A stretch of DNA of 11,476 bases from a virus (IMGVR_UViG_2609460354_000010:1-11476); one strand, 5' to 3'; shown: positions 1 through 6,911, numbered from the stretch's first letter. The notes: generated by a model from the sequence alone, not told the origin. Program-made: numbers and translations.

Positions 1-21
1 ATGGCGCTCATAAATCTGGTA

Positions 22-27
22 TACTTA
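22..27 (+). promoter_or_regulatory. Candidate -10 hexamer (TATACT) of the ssrA promoter
   Basis: TATACT lies about 13 nt upstream of the mature tmRNA 5' end (G40), consistent with a short processed leader. The -35 would be outside the window. Confidence 0.3.
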
Positions 28-39
28 CCTTTACACATT

Positions 40-402
40 GGGGCTGATTCTGGATTCGACGGGATTTGCGAAACCCAAGGTGCATGCCGAGGGGCGGTTG
101 GCCTCGTAAAAAGCCGCAAAAAATAGTCGCAAACGACGAAAACTACGCTTTAGCAGCTTAATAACCTGCTTAGAGCCCTCTCTCCCTAGCCTCCGCTCTT
201 AGGACGGGGATCAAGAGAGGTCAAACCCAAAAGAGATCGCGTGGAAGCCCTGCCTGGGGTTGAAGCGTTAAAACTTAATCAGGCTAGTTTGTTAGTGGCG
301 TGTCCGTCCGCAGCTGGCAAGCGAATGTAAAGACTGACTAAGCATGTAGTACCGAGGATGTAGGAATTTCGGACGCGGGTTCAACTCCCGCCAGCTCCAC
401 CA
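40..402 (+). ncRNA. ssrA: tmRNA (transfer-messenger RNA, SsrA), 363 nt, E. coli type
   Basis: Begins GGGGCTGATTCTGGATTCGACGGG and ends GGTTCAACTCCCGCCAGCTCCACCA (tRNA-like acceptor/T-arm and CCA), matching E. coli tmRNA as I recall it. It contains the internal tag reading frame. Confidence 0.96.
129..161 (+). other. tmRNA tag-peptide reading frame (resume codon GCA; encodes ANDENYALAA, stop TAA)
   Basis: GCA AAC GAC GAA AAC TAC GCT TTA GCA GCT TAA read directly from the sequence; this is the canonical enterobacterial degradation tag. Confidence 0.9.
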
Positions 403-435
403 CTTGCTCTTCCGGATACGTCCGGAGAAATCCTG

Positions 436-470
436 AAAGCCCGCATGGCACAAGCTTTGCGGGCTTTTTT
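436..470 (+). terminator. Rho-independent terminator downstream of ssrA
   Basis: AAAGCCCGCA (436-445) pairs with TGCGGGCTTT (458-467) around a 12-nt loop, followed by a T-run (465-470). Confidence 0.6.
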
Positions 471-515
471 GTGTCTACCGTTGTCCGAGGATATCCAGCT
501 AAATCCAGTGATTAT

Positions 516-566
516 TGGTATACGTTTAGGTATACGGTAGGATATATACCTAAACGCGTATACCAA
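516..566. repeat. Imperfect palindrome (TTGGTATACGTTTAGGTATA / TATACCTAAACGCGTATACCAA) upstream of int; candidate Int arm-type or operator site
   Basis: The two arms are reverse complements except for a 2-nt insertion (CG). They end about 20 bp upstream of the int start and overlap where an int promoter would lie. Confidence 0.45.
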
Positions 567-586
567 TTCATGAAGGAGCGGCCAAA

Positions 587-1783
587 GTGGCAAGAACGAC
601 ACGCCCCCTGACCAACACAGAAGTTCTGCGCGCTAAAGCGTTAGAAAAGGATCTAACGTTGCATGATGGCGATGGTCTTTTTCTGCTCGTTAAAACGAAC
701 GGTAAGAAGTTATGGCGTTTCCGTTATCAACGTCCAGCAACAAAACAGCGAACAATGATGGGGCTAGGTGCCTTCCCCACCCTTTCACTTGCTGACGCCC
801 GACGGTTAAGAGCGAATTACCTTTCCTTGTTAGCCAACGGAATTGACCCGCAAATTCAAGCTGAAATTGCAGTGGAACAGCAGCAAATCGCACTGGACAG
901 TATTTTTTCAACCGTCGCCGCTAACTGGTTCCAGCTTAAAAGCAAAAGCGTTACCCCTGATTACGCAAAAGACATTTGGCGCTCACTGGAGAAAGATGTA
1001 TTTCCTGCCATTGGTGAGATTCCCGTTCAGCAAATCAAAGCCCGAGCATTGGTTGAAGCACTTGAGCCAATCAAAGCTCGTGGGGCACTCGAAACAGTTC
1101 GTCGTCTAGTGCAGCGTATTAACGAGATAATGATTTATGCAGTTAACACTGGTTTGATTGATGCTAACCCTGCATCTGGTGTTGGCATGGCTTTTGAGAG
1201 ACCTAAAAAGAAAAATATGCCGACTTTACGACCGGAAGAACTACCTAAGCTGATGCGCTCTTTGGTTATGTCAAACTTGTCTGTTCCGACGCGTTGTCTT
1301 ATTGAGTGGCAGCTCCTGACCCTTGTGCGCCCTTCCGAGGCTTCCGGTGCTCGGTGGGCAGAGATCGATCTCGATGCAAAGCTCTGGACTATTCCAGCCG
1401 TACGGATGAAAGCGAAGCGTGAGCACATTGTACCGCTATCTCCTCAGGCATTAGAGATTCTGGAAGTGATGAAGCCAATCAGTGCTCATCGTGAACATGT
1501 TTTTCCGAGCAGAAATGATCCCAAAAAACCGATGAACAGCCAAACTGCGAATGCTGCTTTGAAGAGAATTGGGTATGAAGGTAGGTTAGTAGCTCATGGG
1601 TTGCGTTCGATTGCGAGCACTTACCTGAATGAATCAGAATTTAATTCAGATATTATTGAGGCAGCATTGGCTCACGTCGATAAAGATGAAGTAAGACGAG
1701 CCTATAATCGTACAACTTACTTGGCGCAGCGAGTAGAATTAATGAATTTTTGGGGCTTAAAGATAAAGAGTGAGAAACTATAG
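587..1783 (+). CDS. int: Tyrosine recombinase / phage integrase (P4-type), 398 aa
   Basis: GTG start with AAGGAG 8 nt upstream. The C-terminal region has the HxxR box (HGLRS) and a candidate catalytic Tyr (AYNRTTY). It lies directly beside the tmRNA gene. The 3' end is AT-rich like the downstream cargo. Confidence 0.93.
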   Translation: MARTTRPLTNTEVLRAKALEKDLTLHDGDGLFLLVKTNGKKLWRFRYQRPATKQRTMMGLGAFPTLSLADARRLRANYLSLLANGIDPQIQAEIAVEQQQIALDSIFSTVAANWFQLKSKSVTPDYAKDIWRSLEKDVFPAIGEIPVQQIKARALVEALEPIKARGALETVRRLVQRINEIMIYAVNTGLIDANPASGVGMAFERPKKKNMPTLRPEELPKLMRSLVMSNLSVPTRCLIEWQLLTLVRPSEASGARWAEIDLDAKLWTIPAVRMKAKREHIVPLSPQALEILEVMKPISAHREHVFPSRNDPKKPMNSQTANAALKRIGYEGRLVAHGLRSIASTYLNESEFNSDIIEAALAHVDKDEVRRAYNRTTYLAQRVELMNFWGLKIKSEKL

Positions 1784-2959
1784 ATGAAATTTGAATCAAC
1801 ATCGTTAGTCAACATTATCACAGGTAATAATGGGTCAGGGAAAAGTTCGATATTAGCTGAAATTTCAAAGCAAGAATACGTTACAGGAAAAAATGTAATA
1901 TGCTTATCAAACACATCAACCAATAAATTCCCCAAAATAAAAAGCCATCGTTTTCACATTCTTAATCAGTCATCTAACACACTTACCAAAGCATTAAAAA
2001 AAGTTGTAGTAAGCAATAGTCACAATAAGATCGGGTCATCGCACGCACACATTTTCCCAAGAGTATTGGCGTATTTAGATTTCAATGAGCAACTCACATT
2101 TAAATTTACAATCTTCCCTTATGAAAGTTTCATTAGAAAATTTCAATCCGAGATGTACAACAATGAGTTAATCGGTAGTGATATCGATGAAATAACGAAT
2201 CACTTAAGAAATCTAATCGAAATAAACGATGACACTGCTAGCTCTACTGATCATGGAGTGAAAGGCTCTCACATACTTTATTTGGAGTATGCTTTCACAT
2301 ATGAATCAGAAAAAAGAATTAACACCATTCATAATCGCCTCATTGAACTAATGTTAAAGCATGAGCGCATTCTAAAAAAGAACCATTTAATACATGACAT
2401 TGAAATAACCTTAAGTCGTGGCCATAGTATAATACCATCATCTCATTTAAGCTCTGGTGAAGCGTGCTACATGGCAACACTTGCTTTTATCCTTACATAT
2501 ATATCGGATAACAGCGTAATAATAATTGATGAGCCAGAGAATAGTTTACATCCTCGTTGGCAAAAAAAATACACATCAAACCTTCTGGATCTATTATATT
2601 ATTTCGACATAAGAATAATATTAGCGACACATTCACCAATGATTGTTATAGGGGCGGTAGAAGACCATAGTGGCCTAAGTGTTTTCAAATCCGAAAATAG
2701 TACCCTTTCTCCCCTTGAAGGAAATGAAACTAATATTGATGAAGTAATGGTGGATGTGTTCGGTGTATTAACGTCAAGAAGCAGATATTTCAGCTACAAG
2801 ATAAATGAGATTCTTAATGAATACAACAATAAAAAAATAGATATAAATTCAGCACGCGACAAATTAAATAAAACAAAATCACTCGGGCCTGATGAAAGCC
2901 AAGTAAAAATAATTGAAGCAGCCAATGAAATATTAAATCAGATGGTGAAAAATGCCTAA
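1784..2959 (+). CDS. ABC-type (SMC/RecF-like, AAA15/AAA21-like) ATPase, 391 aa; PtuA-like candidate defense ATPase
   Basis: Walker A GNNGSGKSS (res 14-22, K20 codon 1841-1843), ABC signature-like LSSGE (222-226), Walker B IIIDEPE (246-252), H-loop LATHSP. The ATG follows the int TAG with no gap. The gene is AT-rich. Confidence 0.88.
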   Translation: MKFESTSLVNIITGNNGSGKSSILAEISKQEYVTGKNVICLSNTSTNKFPKIKSHRFHILNQSSNTLTKALKKVVVSNSHNKIGSSHAHIFPRVLAYLDFNEQLTFKFTIFPYESFIRKFQSEMYNNELIGSDIDEITNHLRNLIEINDDTASSTDHGVKGSHILYLEYAFTYESEKRINTIHNRLIELMLKHERILKKNHLIHDIEITLSRGHSIIPSSHLSSGEACYMATLAFILTYISDNSVIIIDEPENSLHPRWQKKYTSNLLDLLYYFDIRIILATHSPMIVIGAVEDHSGLSVFKSENSTLSPLEGNETNIDEVMVDVFGVLTSRSRYFSYKINEILNEYNNKKIDINSARDKLNKTKSLGPDESQVKIIEAANEILNQMVKNA

Positions 2960-3548
2960 CTTCACATTTACAGCAGAGAATATCTCTCATATCCGCACTG
3001 CTATATCCGAAAATAAACTCGATGACAAAGTAAAGGTGTGGGAGCACAAATTGCTTAAATCCATGAGAAGAGAACTCAAACAATATATTCTTTCCAACCG
3101 TAATGATGGTTTCAAATGTGCTTATTGCTTAAAGGATTTCCATAATGAACACAATATGAATATTGATGTTGAACACATTCTCCCCAAGTCACAATATCCA
3201 GAATATACGTTCACACTTAAAAATTTAGCGGTGGCCTGCAAGAGATGTAACCTATTAATAAAGAGAAATGATGTTTCATTTTTAAATGCTAACTTCATAA
3301 GAAAAAAACCGTTTAACTCAAAATATTATAAAATATTCCATCCTGTTATCGACAGAAAAAATCACTTATCTCTTCTGGATGTCCATTTTAATGGGTGCCA
3401 CATTATCAAGTATCAAACAAATAGTGAAAAAGCAAACAACACCTACATTTACTTCAAGTTAAATGAAGTTGAGATAGAAACATTAAACAACGCACAAGGA
3501 ATAGAACAGATAATTGATTTACTTCACACATACAACCCAAGAAATTAG
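2952..3548 (+). CDS. HNH-family endonuclease (HNN variant with CxxC...CxxC zinc-finger), 198 aa; PtuB-like candidate effector
   Basis: C56-x2-C59, catalytic-type His in DVEHILP (H75, codon 3174-3176), N91, C96-x2-C99-N. The start overlaps the ATPase stop by 8 nt (ATGCCTAA), indicating translational coupling. Confidence 0.88.
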   Translation: MPNFTFTAENISHIRTAISENKLDDKVKVWEHKLLKSMRRELKQYILSNRNDGFKCAYCLKDFHNEHNMNIDVEHILPKSQYPEYTFTLKNLAVACKRCNLLIKRNDVSFLNANFIRKKPFNSKYYKIFHPVIDRKNHLSLLDVHFNGCHIIKYQTNSEKANNTYIYFKLNEVEIETLNNAQGIEQIIDLLHTYNPRN

Positions 3549-3568
3549 AAACAAAACAATATCTAATT

Positions 3569-3587
3569 AGCCGCCACAAGGCGGCTT
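3569..3587. terminator. Hairpin between convergent genes (candidate bidirectional terminator)
   Basis: AGCCGCC-ACAA-GGCGGCT stem-loop flanked by AT-rich sequence, located between the HNH gene end (3548) and the minus-strand small gene end (3596). Confidence 0.5.
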
Positions 3588-3595
3588 CTACTCAA

Positions 3596-3820
3596 TTAGC
3601 CTTTGGATTTTTTTGGATCATCTTTCCGCTGATAAGTACGCTCTTCCTGAAATCGCCCGTCCTCTTTGTGGATTTTAACCGAGCCTGTTTTATCAGTCAT
3701 ATATTCTTGCATTTCTCTGACAATCTCATTTTTAGTCGTCGCCGTCTTACTTGGTCTTTCATTACCTTCTTTCTGAAGTTTCCATTTATCACCATCCTTA
3801 GTAATGTGATATTTATCCAT
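3596..3820 (-). CDS. DUF2188-like small protein (74 aa from the ATG at 3820; the ORF track gives a TTG-initiated 78-aa form)
   Basis: The motif pattern H-I-T-K-DGDKW-K-KEG...IHKEDGRFQEERTY resembles the DUF2188 family as I recall it. GGAGG lies 5-6 nt upstream of the internal ATG (MDKYH...), so the shorter start is favoured. Confidence 0.65.
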   Translation of the reverse strand: MDKYHITKDGDKWKLQKEGNERPSKTATTKNEIVREMQEYMTDKTGSVKIHKEDGRFQEERTYQRKDDPKKSKG

Positions 3821-4032
3821 TAGAACCTCCAAATGTAGTTAGACATATGAGATGACAGTAAAAATTTTATACGGAAAGAGGCACTAGATTTGTGCCATAA
3901 CTCTCATTCTGAAAATACGCCTCCGATAAACACAATAAATGACATTGGCAACTTATCGACGGTTGGTATTACTGCATCTACATATCGCATACCTGAGATC
4001 ATATTAATATTACGTTCAACCGCTAGCGCGCA

Positions 4033-4051
4033 ATGCTTTCCCCGCCTCGCC
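4033..4051 (-). other. cos site: P2/P4-type 19-nt cohesive end sequence (18/19 match)
   Basis: The minus strand reads GGCGAGGCGGGGAAAGCAT against the P2/P4 cohesive end GGCGAGGCGGGGAAAGCAC as I recall it. It sits between the cargo islet and psu, as expected for an integrated P4-like element. Confidence 0.75.
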
Positions 4052-4074
4052 CGCCCGCTTTGCGGGGCGGTTTT
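4051..4074 (+). terminator. GC-rich hairpin plus TTTT immediately next to cos
   Basis: CCGCCCGC-TTT-GCGGGGCGG followed by TTTT; it would stop plus-strand read-through from the cargo islet. Confidence 0.4.
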
Positions 4075-4153
4075 AATGCAGTTGCACTGACACGCTCAGA
4101 CCGCGCCGGGAATGGTGCGGTCTGCAGAAAATGAGGCAGGAAAACGCATGCAA

Positions 4154-4185
4154 AGCCATGCACCTTATCGATGCATGGCTTTTTT
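4154..4185. terminator. Hairpin with flanking T/A runs between cos and psu (candidate bidirectional terminator)
   Basis: AGCCATGCA (4154-4162) pairs with TGCATGGCT (4172-4180), followed by TTTTT on the plus strand; on the minus strand the hairpin is followed by TTTGCATGCGTTTT. The psu stop is at 4216. Confidence 0.5.
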
Positions 4186-4215
4186 CAGTAAAAACGGGCG
4201 GATTTTCGGGGAATT

Positions 4216-4788
4216 TTACACAGACTGACGTGATGCCAGTTGCGCACTTTTACGCGAAAAAATCATGTTCTGCGCAGGAGTGAATTTTTCACGGCTGTCA
4301 TCCACCGAAGCCGCGTCAGGCCTGAATCCGATGGCCGTTAAAATGTCGCTATCCTGTACGGAATAATTAATTTTTTCACCCTTCGCAAGCCAGGACAGAA
4401 GGGCTTCACGCAGGGCATCTGTGGCACGCTGTATGGCACAGTTTCGGGCAATGGCCGTCAGCTCACTGTAGCCCATCAGCTCCGGTGCCAGTGCCGCCGC
4501 CAGTGCTGTGCCGTGCTGCTGCATAAAATCATTCAGCCGGTCGCGGATGCTGATGTGCTGAACGGCTTCATGCGAACGAATATAACGACCGGCGGCCTGA
4601 TTCACCTGCCATTTTCTGACTTCGATAATATTGCGTAATTCGTCCAGGCGACTGACGTTTCTGCCTTCTCCTGACTGAAGCCGCAGATATTCCTGTTCGG
4701 CCGCTGCCAGCTCATTTTTGCGTTGCAGCCATGCTGCTTTGTTATTCTGACAGGTGTCAAAGGCCTGCTGTAAGGCTGTGCTTTCCAT
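4216..4788 (-). CDS. psu: Polarity suppression protein Psu (capsid decoration / Rho antagonist), 190 aa
   Basis: 190 aa, the same length as P4 Psu; the sequence (MESTALQQAFDTCQNNKAAWLQ...) matches P4 Psu as I recall it. It is the last gene of the sid-delta-psu operon. Confidence 0.92.
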   Translation of the reverse strand: MESTALQQAFDTCQNNKAAWLQRKNELAAAEQEYLRLQSGEGRNVSRLDELRNIIEVRKWQVNQAAGRYIRSHEAVQHISIRDRLNDFMQQHGTALAAALAPELMGYSELTAIARNCAIQRATDALREALLSWLAKGEKINYSVQDSDILTAIGFRPDAASVDDSREKFTPAQNMIFSRKSAQLASRQSV

Positions 4789-4861
4789 CGTTATCTCTTT
4801 CTCATCATGCTGAAGAATAAAAATACGGTGTGCGGCGACGGCCGGGGTTAACCGGCAGCCC

Positions 4862-5362
4862 TCATTCCAGACGCAGCGAATATGATTGTGTTTTTAACCG
4901 TACTGGCGGCAGTTCCTGTTTTTCATGCAGGCGTTCTGCCAGTTCGTCCGGTGTGACCGGGCGGACAATGAAGCGGTTGATGGTCTGAAGCGTTTTAAAC
5001 ACCAGACCACAGCCCGGATCCGTGCACACATAAAAACGTTCGGTGACTTCCTGAGACAGACGCCGCGATGTTCTTGACAGTGCAAGGCCTTTACATCTCC
5101 GACAACAATATCCGGTAACAAGCATTCTTTTCGGGCGTTTCATACTGCCGGAGGCAGAAGTCAGTGAATCGCGGTATCTCTGTTTGCCTGAAATGTATTC
5201 CATTCCTGAATCTTTACTGTCAGAGAAAAAGCTTTCACTCGCTTCAAATGTCGCAGAGCAATAAATATTCCGGCACTGTGCAATCATTATCTTGGTGCCA
5301 TCGTCCATGAAATGTGCGCGGCGGGTGTGAGCAACATGTCCACACGACGGGCAGTAAATCAT
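4862..5362 (-). CDS. delta: Delta late-gene transcriptional activator (Ogr-family zinc finger, duplicated), 166 aa
   Basis: Begins MIYCPSCGH...CRNIYCSATF (Ogr/Delta Cys4 motif) and a second Cys-rich repeat follows. 166 aa as in P4 Delta. The start overlaps the sid stop (ATGA). Confidence 0.92.
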   Translation of the reverse strand: MIYCPSCGHVAHTRRAHFMDDGTKIMIAQCRNIYCSATFEASESFFSDSKDSGMEYISGKQRYRDSLTSASGSMKRPKRMLVTGYCCRRCKGLALSRTSRRLSQEVTERFYVCTDPGCGLVFKTLQTINRFIVRPVTPDELAERLHEKQELPPVRLKTQSYSLRLE

Positions 5363-6093
5363 GACAGCAGTCCTCTGGCCTTAAGCTCTGCTCCCTGCTG
5401 GTCTATTTTGTCCTGCCACACCTTGCGCTGTGCCGGTGTGCCTGCCACCTCATAATCCATGTGCGGAAGTGTTGCCGCTGACAGTCCGGTCAGCCGGAGA
5501 ACCGGCTCGCCGGTGAGGCTGATTTGCATCTGTTTAATTTTCTGTTCCAGCGATGATTTCACCTGCTGCATGACAGCCTTTTCCGGTGCGACGTAGCCCT
5601 GATGGCCGGTGGCGTTGGCGAGCGGATTTTCCTGTACCAGAATGCTCAGATGCATTGCCCGGACAAGCGCCTCACAGGTTTCATTCAGGGCGTGTTCCAG
5701 CTCATGCTCTGCATACAGGCTCAGCAGGTGATGGTGTGCCTTCCGGTAGGCGGTGGCCGTGCTGTCACACGCCCCTTTCAGGCGTTCGCGTTCAAAATTC
5801 AGCACCACGGCCAGATTGTCATATTCCTGTACCAGCTCCCGGCGTGCCACGCGCTCAATGTGGCGCTGTTTCAGCTCGTCGCTCAGGACACCACCGGCTG
5901 CACGAAAGGCCGTGCGCCAGTCGTCAGCGTCGTTTCCGTCGGCCTGCGCCAGCGCATTTTTTTCCTGCTCTGCCCGTTCAATGGCCGTGACGGTCTCATC
6001 CATCAGGCGGGCGTTCTCAAGATGAGCGGCTCTGGCCTTTTCCAGTTGTGCCAGCGCGGGTTGCAGATATTCAGGGATGGTGTTGTCAGACAT
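5359..6093 (-). CDS. sid: Sid capsid size-determination (external scaffold) protein, 244 aa from the ATG at 6093
   Basis: The ORF track starts at a GTG (6111), but GAGGAG lies 7 nt upstream of the internal ATG (MSDNTIPEY...), giving 244 aa as in P4 Sid. The protein is coiled-coil rich. Confidence 0.9.
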   Translation of the reverse strand: MSDNTIPEYLQPALAQLEKARAAHLENARLMDETVTAIERAEQEKNALAQADGNDADDWRTAFRAAGGVLSDELKQRHIERVARRELVQEYDNLAVVLNFERERLKGACDSTATAYRKAHHHLLSLYAEHELEHALNETCEALVRAMHLSILVQENPLANATGHQGYVAPEKAVMQQVKSSLEQKIKQMQISLTGEPVLRLTGLSAATLPHMDYEVAGTPAQRKVWQDKIDQQGAELKARGLLS

Positions 6094-6127
6094 TTTCCGG
6101 CTCCTCGTCACTTCAGGTTAAGAAAAT

Positions 6128-6183
6128 TGTGACGTACACCGGACAACAACACGACGCATTGCAGATGTGCCAGCCCTGACACA
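6128..6183 (-). promoter_or_regulatory. Psid-like late promoter with two TGT-N12-ACA activator (Delta/Ogr) sites
   Basis: TGTgacgtacaccggACA (6128-6145) and TGTgccagccctgacACA (6166-6183), centres 38 bp apart. Placing them at about -18 and -55 predicts a minus-strand start near 6119, 26 nt upstream of the sid ATG. Confidence 0.6.
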
Positions 6184-6262
6184 GGAGACTCATCCTCAGA
6201 CCGGCAAGCCAGGAAAAGGTCGCAGGAAAAACCGGCTTACTGTTTGTTTTTTTATATTTTAC

Positions 6263-6366
6263 TGTTCACCTCTGTTCACCATAAGAAAAAAGATAAGTAA
6301 TACAGTAAGTTAAAGGGTGAACAATCGCAGTAATGACTGTTCACCGTCTGTTCACCACTGTTCACC
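6263..6366. repeat. Iteron cluster: six copies of TGTTCACC (five direct, one inverted); crr/ori-type alpha-binding repeats
   Basis: Copies at 6263-6270, 6273-6280, 6317-6324 (inverted, GGTGAACA), 6338-6345, 6349-6356 and 6359-6366, spaced about 10-11 bp within clusters. TGTTCACC is the type I iteron bound by P4 alpha. An AT-rich tract follows (6370-6470). Confidence 0.75.
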
Positions 6367-6524
6367 CGTTGATGGGCTTTTTGTGCTGTTTATTACTTTT
6401 TATTTTTATTAATTCACTGAAATAAATAAGAAAAAACAATTTGTATTTCACTATAATTTTTTCCAGCTCCTTCCAGAGCGTTTTAAAGCTATCTGGCGCT
6501 GATGTACAAAAAATACACAGCCAT

Positions 6525-6542
6525 TGTAAGGCTGCCGGAACA
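6525..6542 (+). promoter_or_regulatory. Candidate PLL-like late promoter activator site (TGT-N12-ACA) upstream of vis
   Basis: TGTaaggctgccggaACA, with a degenerate second site (TGC-N12-CAA, 6561-6578) 36 bp downstream. Predicted plus-strand start is near 6588; the vis ATG is at 6645. Confidence 0.4.
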
Positions 6543-6644
6543 AATCCCCCCTGTTGCGTCTGCCGAAAATATTCACAAAATAAAGCGCTACCCGAAGCCG
6601 GACGGACTTATCCGGTGCTGTATGGACATTAACGAGGTAGCCCG

Positions 6645-6911
6645 ATGCAAGCTGTTTTTTCTTCCCCGTCTCCCGCCCCTGTGACGCCACTGATGCCGCT
6701 GCCGGACATCACGCAGGAGCGTTTTTTACGTCTGCCGGAAGTGATGCACCTGTGCGGCCTGTCACGCTCGACCATCTACGAACTCATCCGTAAGGGGGAA
6801 TTTCCGCCGCAGGTGAGTCTTGGCGGTAAAAATGTGGCCTGGCTGCACTCTGAAGTCACCGCATGGATGGCCGGGCGCATTGCCGGACGCAAACGGGGGT
6901 ACGACGCGTGA
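6645..6911 (+). CDS. vis: AlpA/Vis-family HTH regulator (excisionase-like), 88 aa
   Basis: HTH core [42 protein letters not shown] is typical of the AlpA/Vis family. GAGG lies 7 nt upstream of the ATG. Its position between the late promoter and the immunity region matches P4 vis. Confidence 0.8.
   Translation: MQAVFSSPSPAPVTPLMPLPDITQERFLRLPEVMHLCGLSRSTIYELIRKGEFPPQVSLGGKNVAWLHSEVTAWMAGRIAGRKRGYDA

Noticed and set aside
381-602. 73-aa minus-strand ORF overlapping the ssrA 3' end and terminator
   Set aside because: It overlaps a structured RNA gene and its terminator and has no RBS; almost certainly spurious.
690-1428. ORFs of 73, 88 and 97 aa overlapping int on either strand
   Set aside because: They lie inside the integrase coding region, which has clear catalytic motifs; no independent support.
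2814-3083. 89-aa minus-strand ORF across the ATPase/HNH junction
   Set aside because: Antisense to two well-supported overlapping genes; AT-rich artefact with a hydrophobic low-complexity translation.
1784-3548. Retron-associated Septu, or an OLD/Gabija/PARIS-type system
   Set aside because: No reverse-transcriptase ORF or structured msr/msd-like region flanks the pair. The nuclease is HNH-type rather than TOPRIM or DUF4435, and there is no helicase partner, so the plain ATPase + HNH (Septu-like) reading is preferred.
3890-4090. 66-aa plus-strand ORF crossing the cos site
   Set aside because: No RBS, and it spans the cos sequence and adjacent hairpins; the region is better explained as packaging and terminator elements.
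5586-6132. Three plus-strand ORFs (134, 176 and 90 aa) overlapping sid
   Set aside because: They lie antisense to a well-supported gene in GC-rich DNA, have Arg/Pro/Ala-rich low-complexity translations and no RBS; typical antisense artefacts.
6263-6366. TGTTCACC repeat cluster considered as a CRISPR array
   Set aside because: The repeats are only 8 bp with irregular 2-46 bp spacing, one copy is inverted, and no cas genes are present; they match replication iterons instead.
6441-6690. Small ORFs (60-79 aa) in the AT-rich tract between the iterons and vis
   Set aside because: AT-rich promoter/origin-like DNA with no RBS and no conserved-looking peptides.
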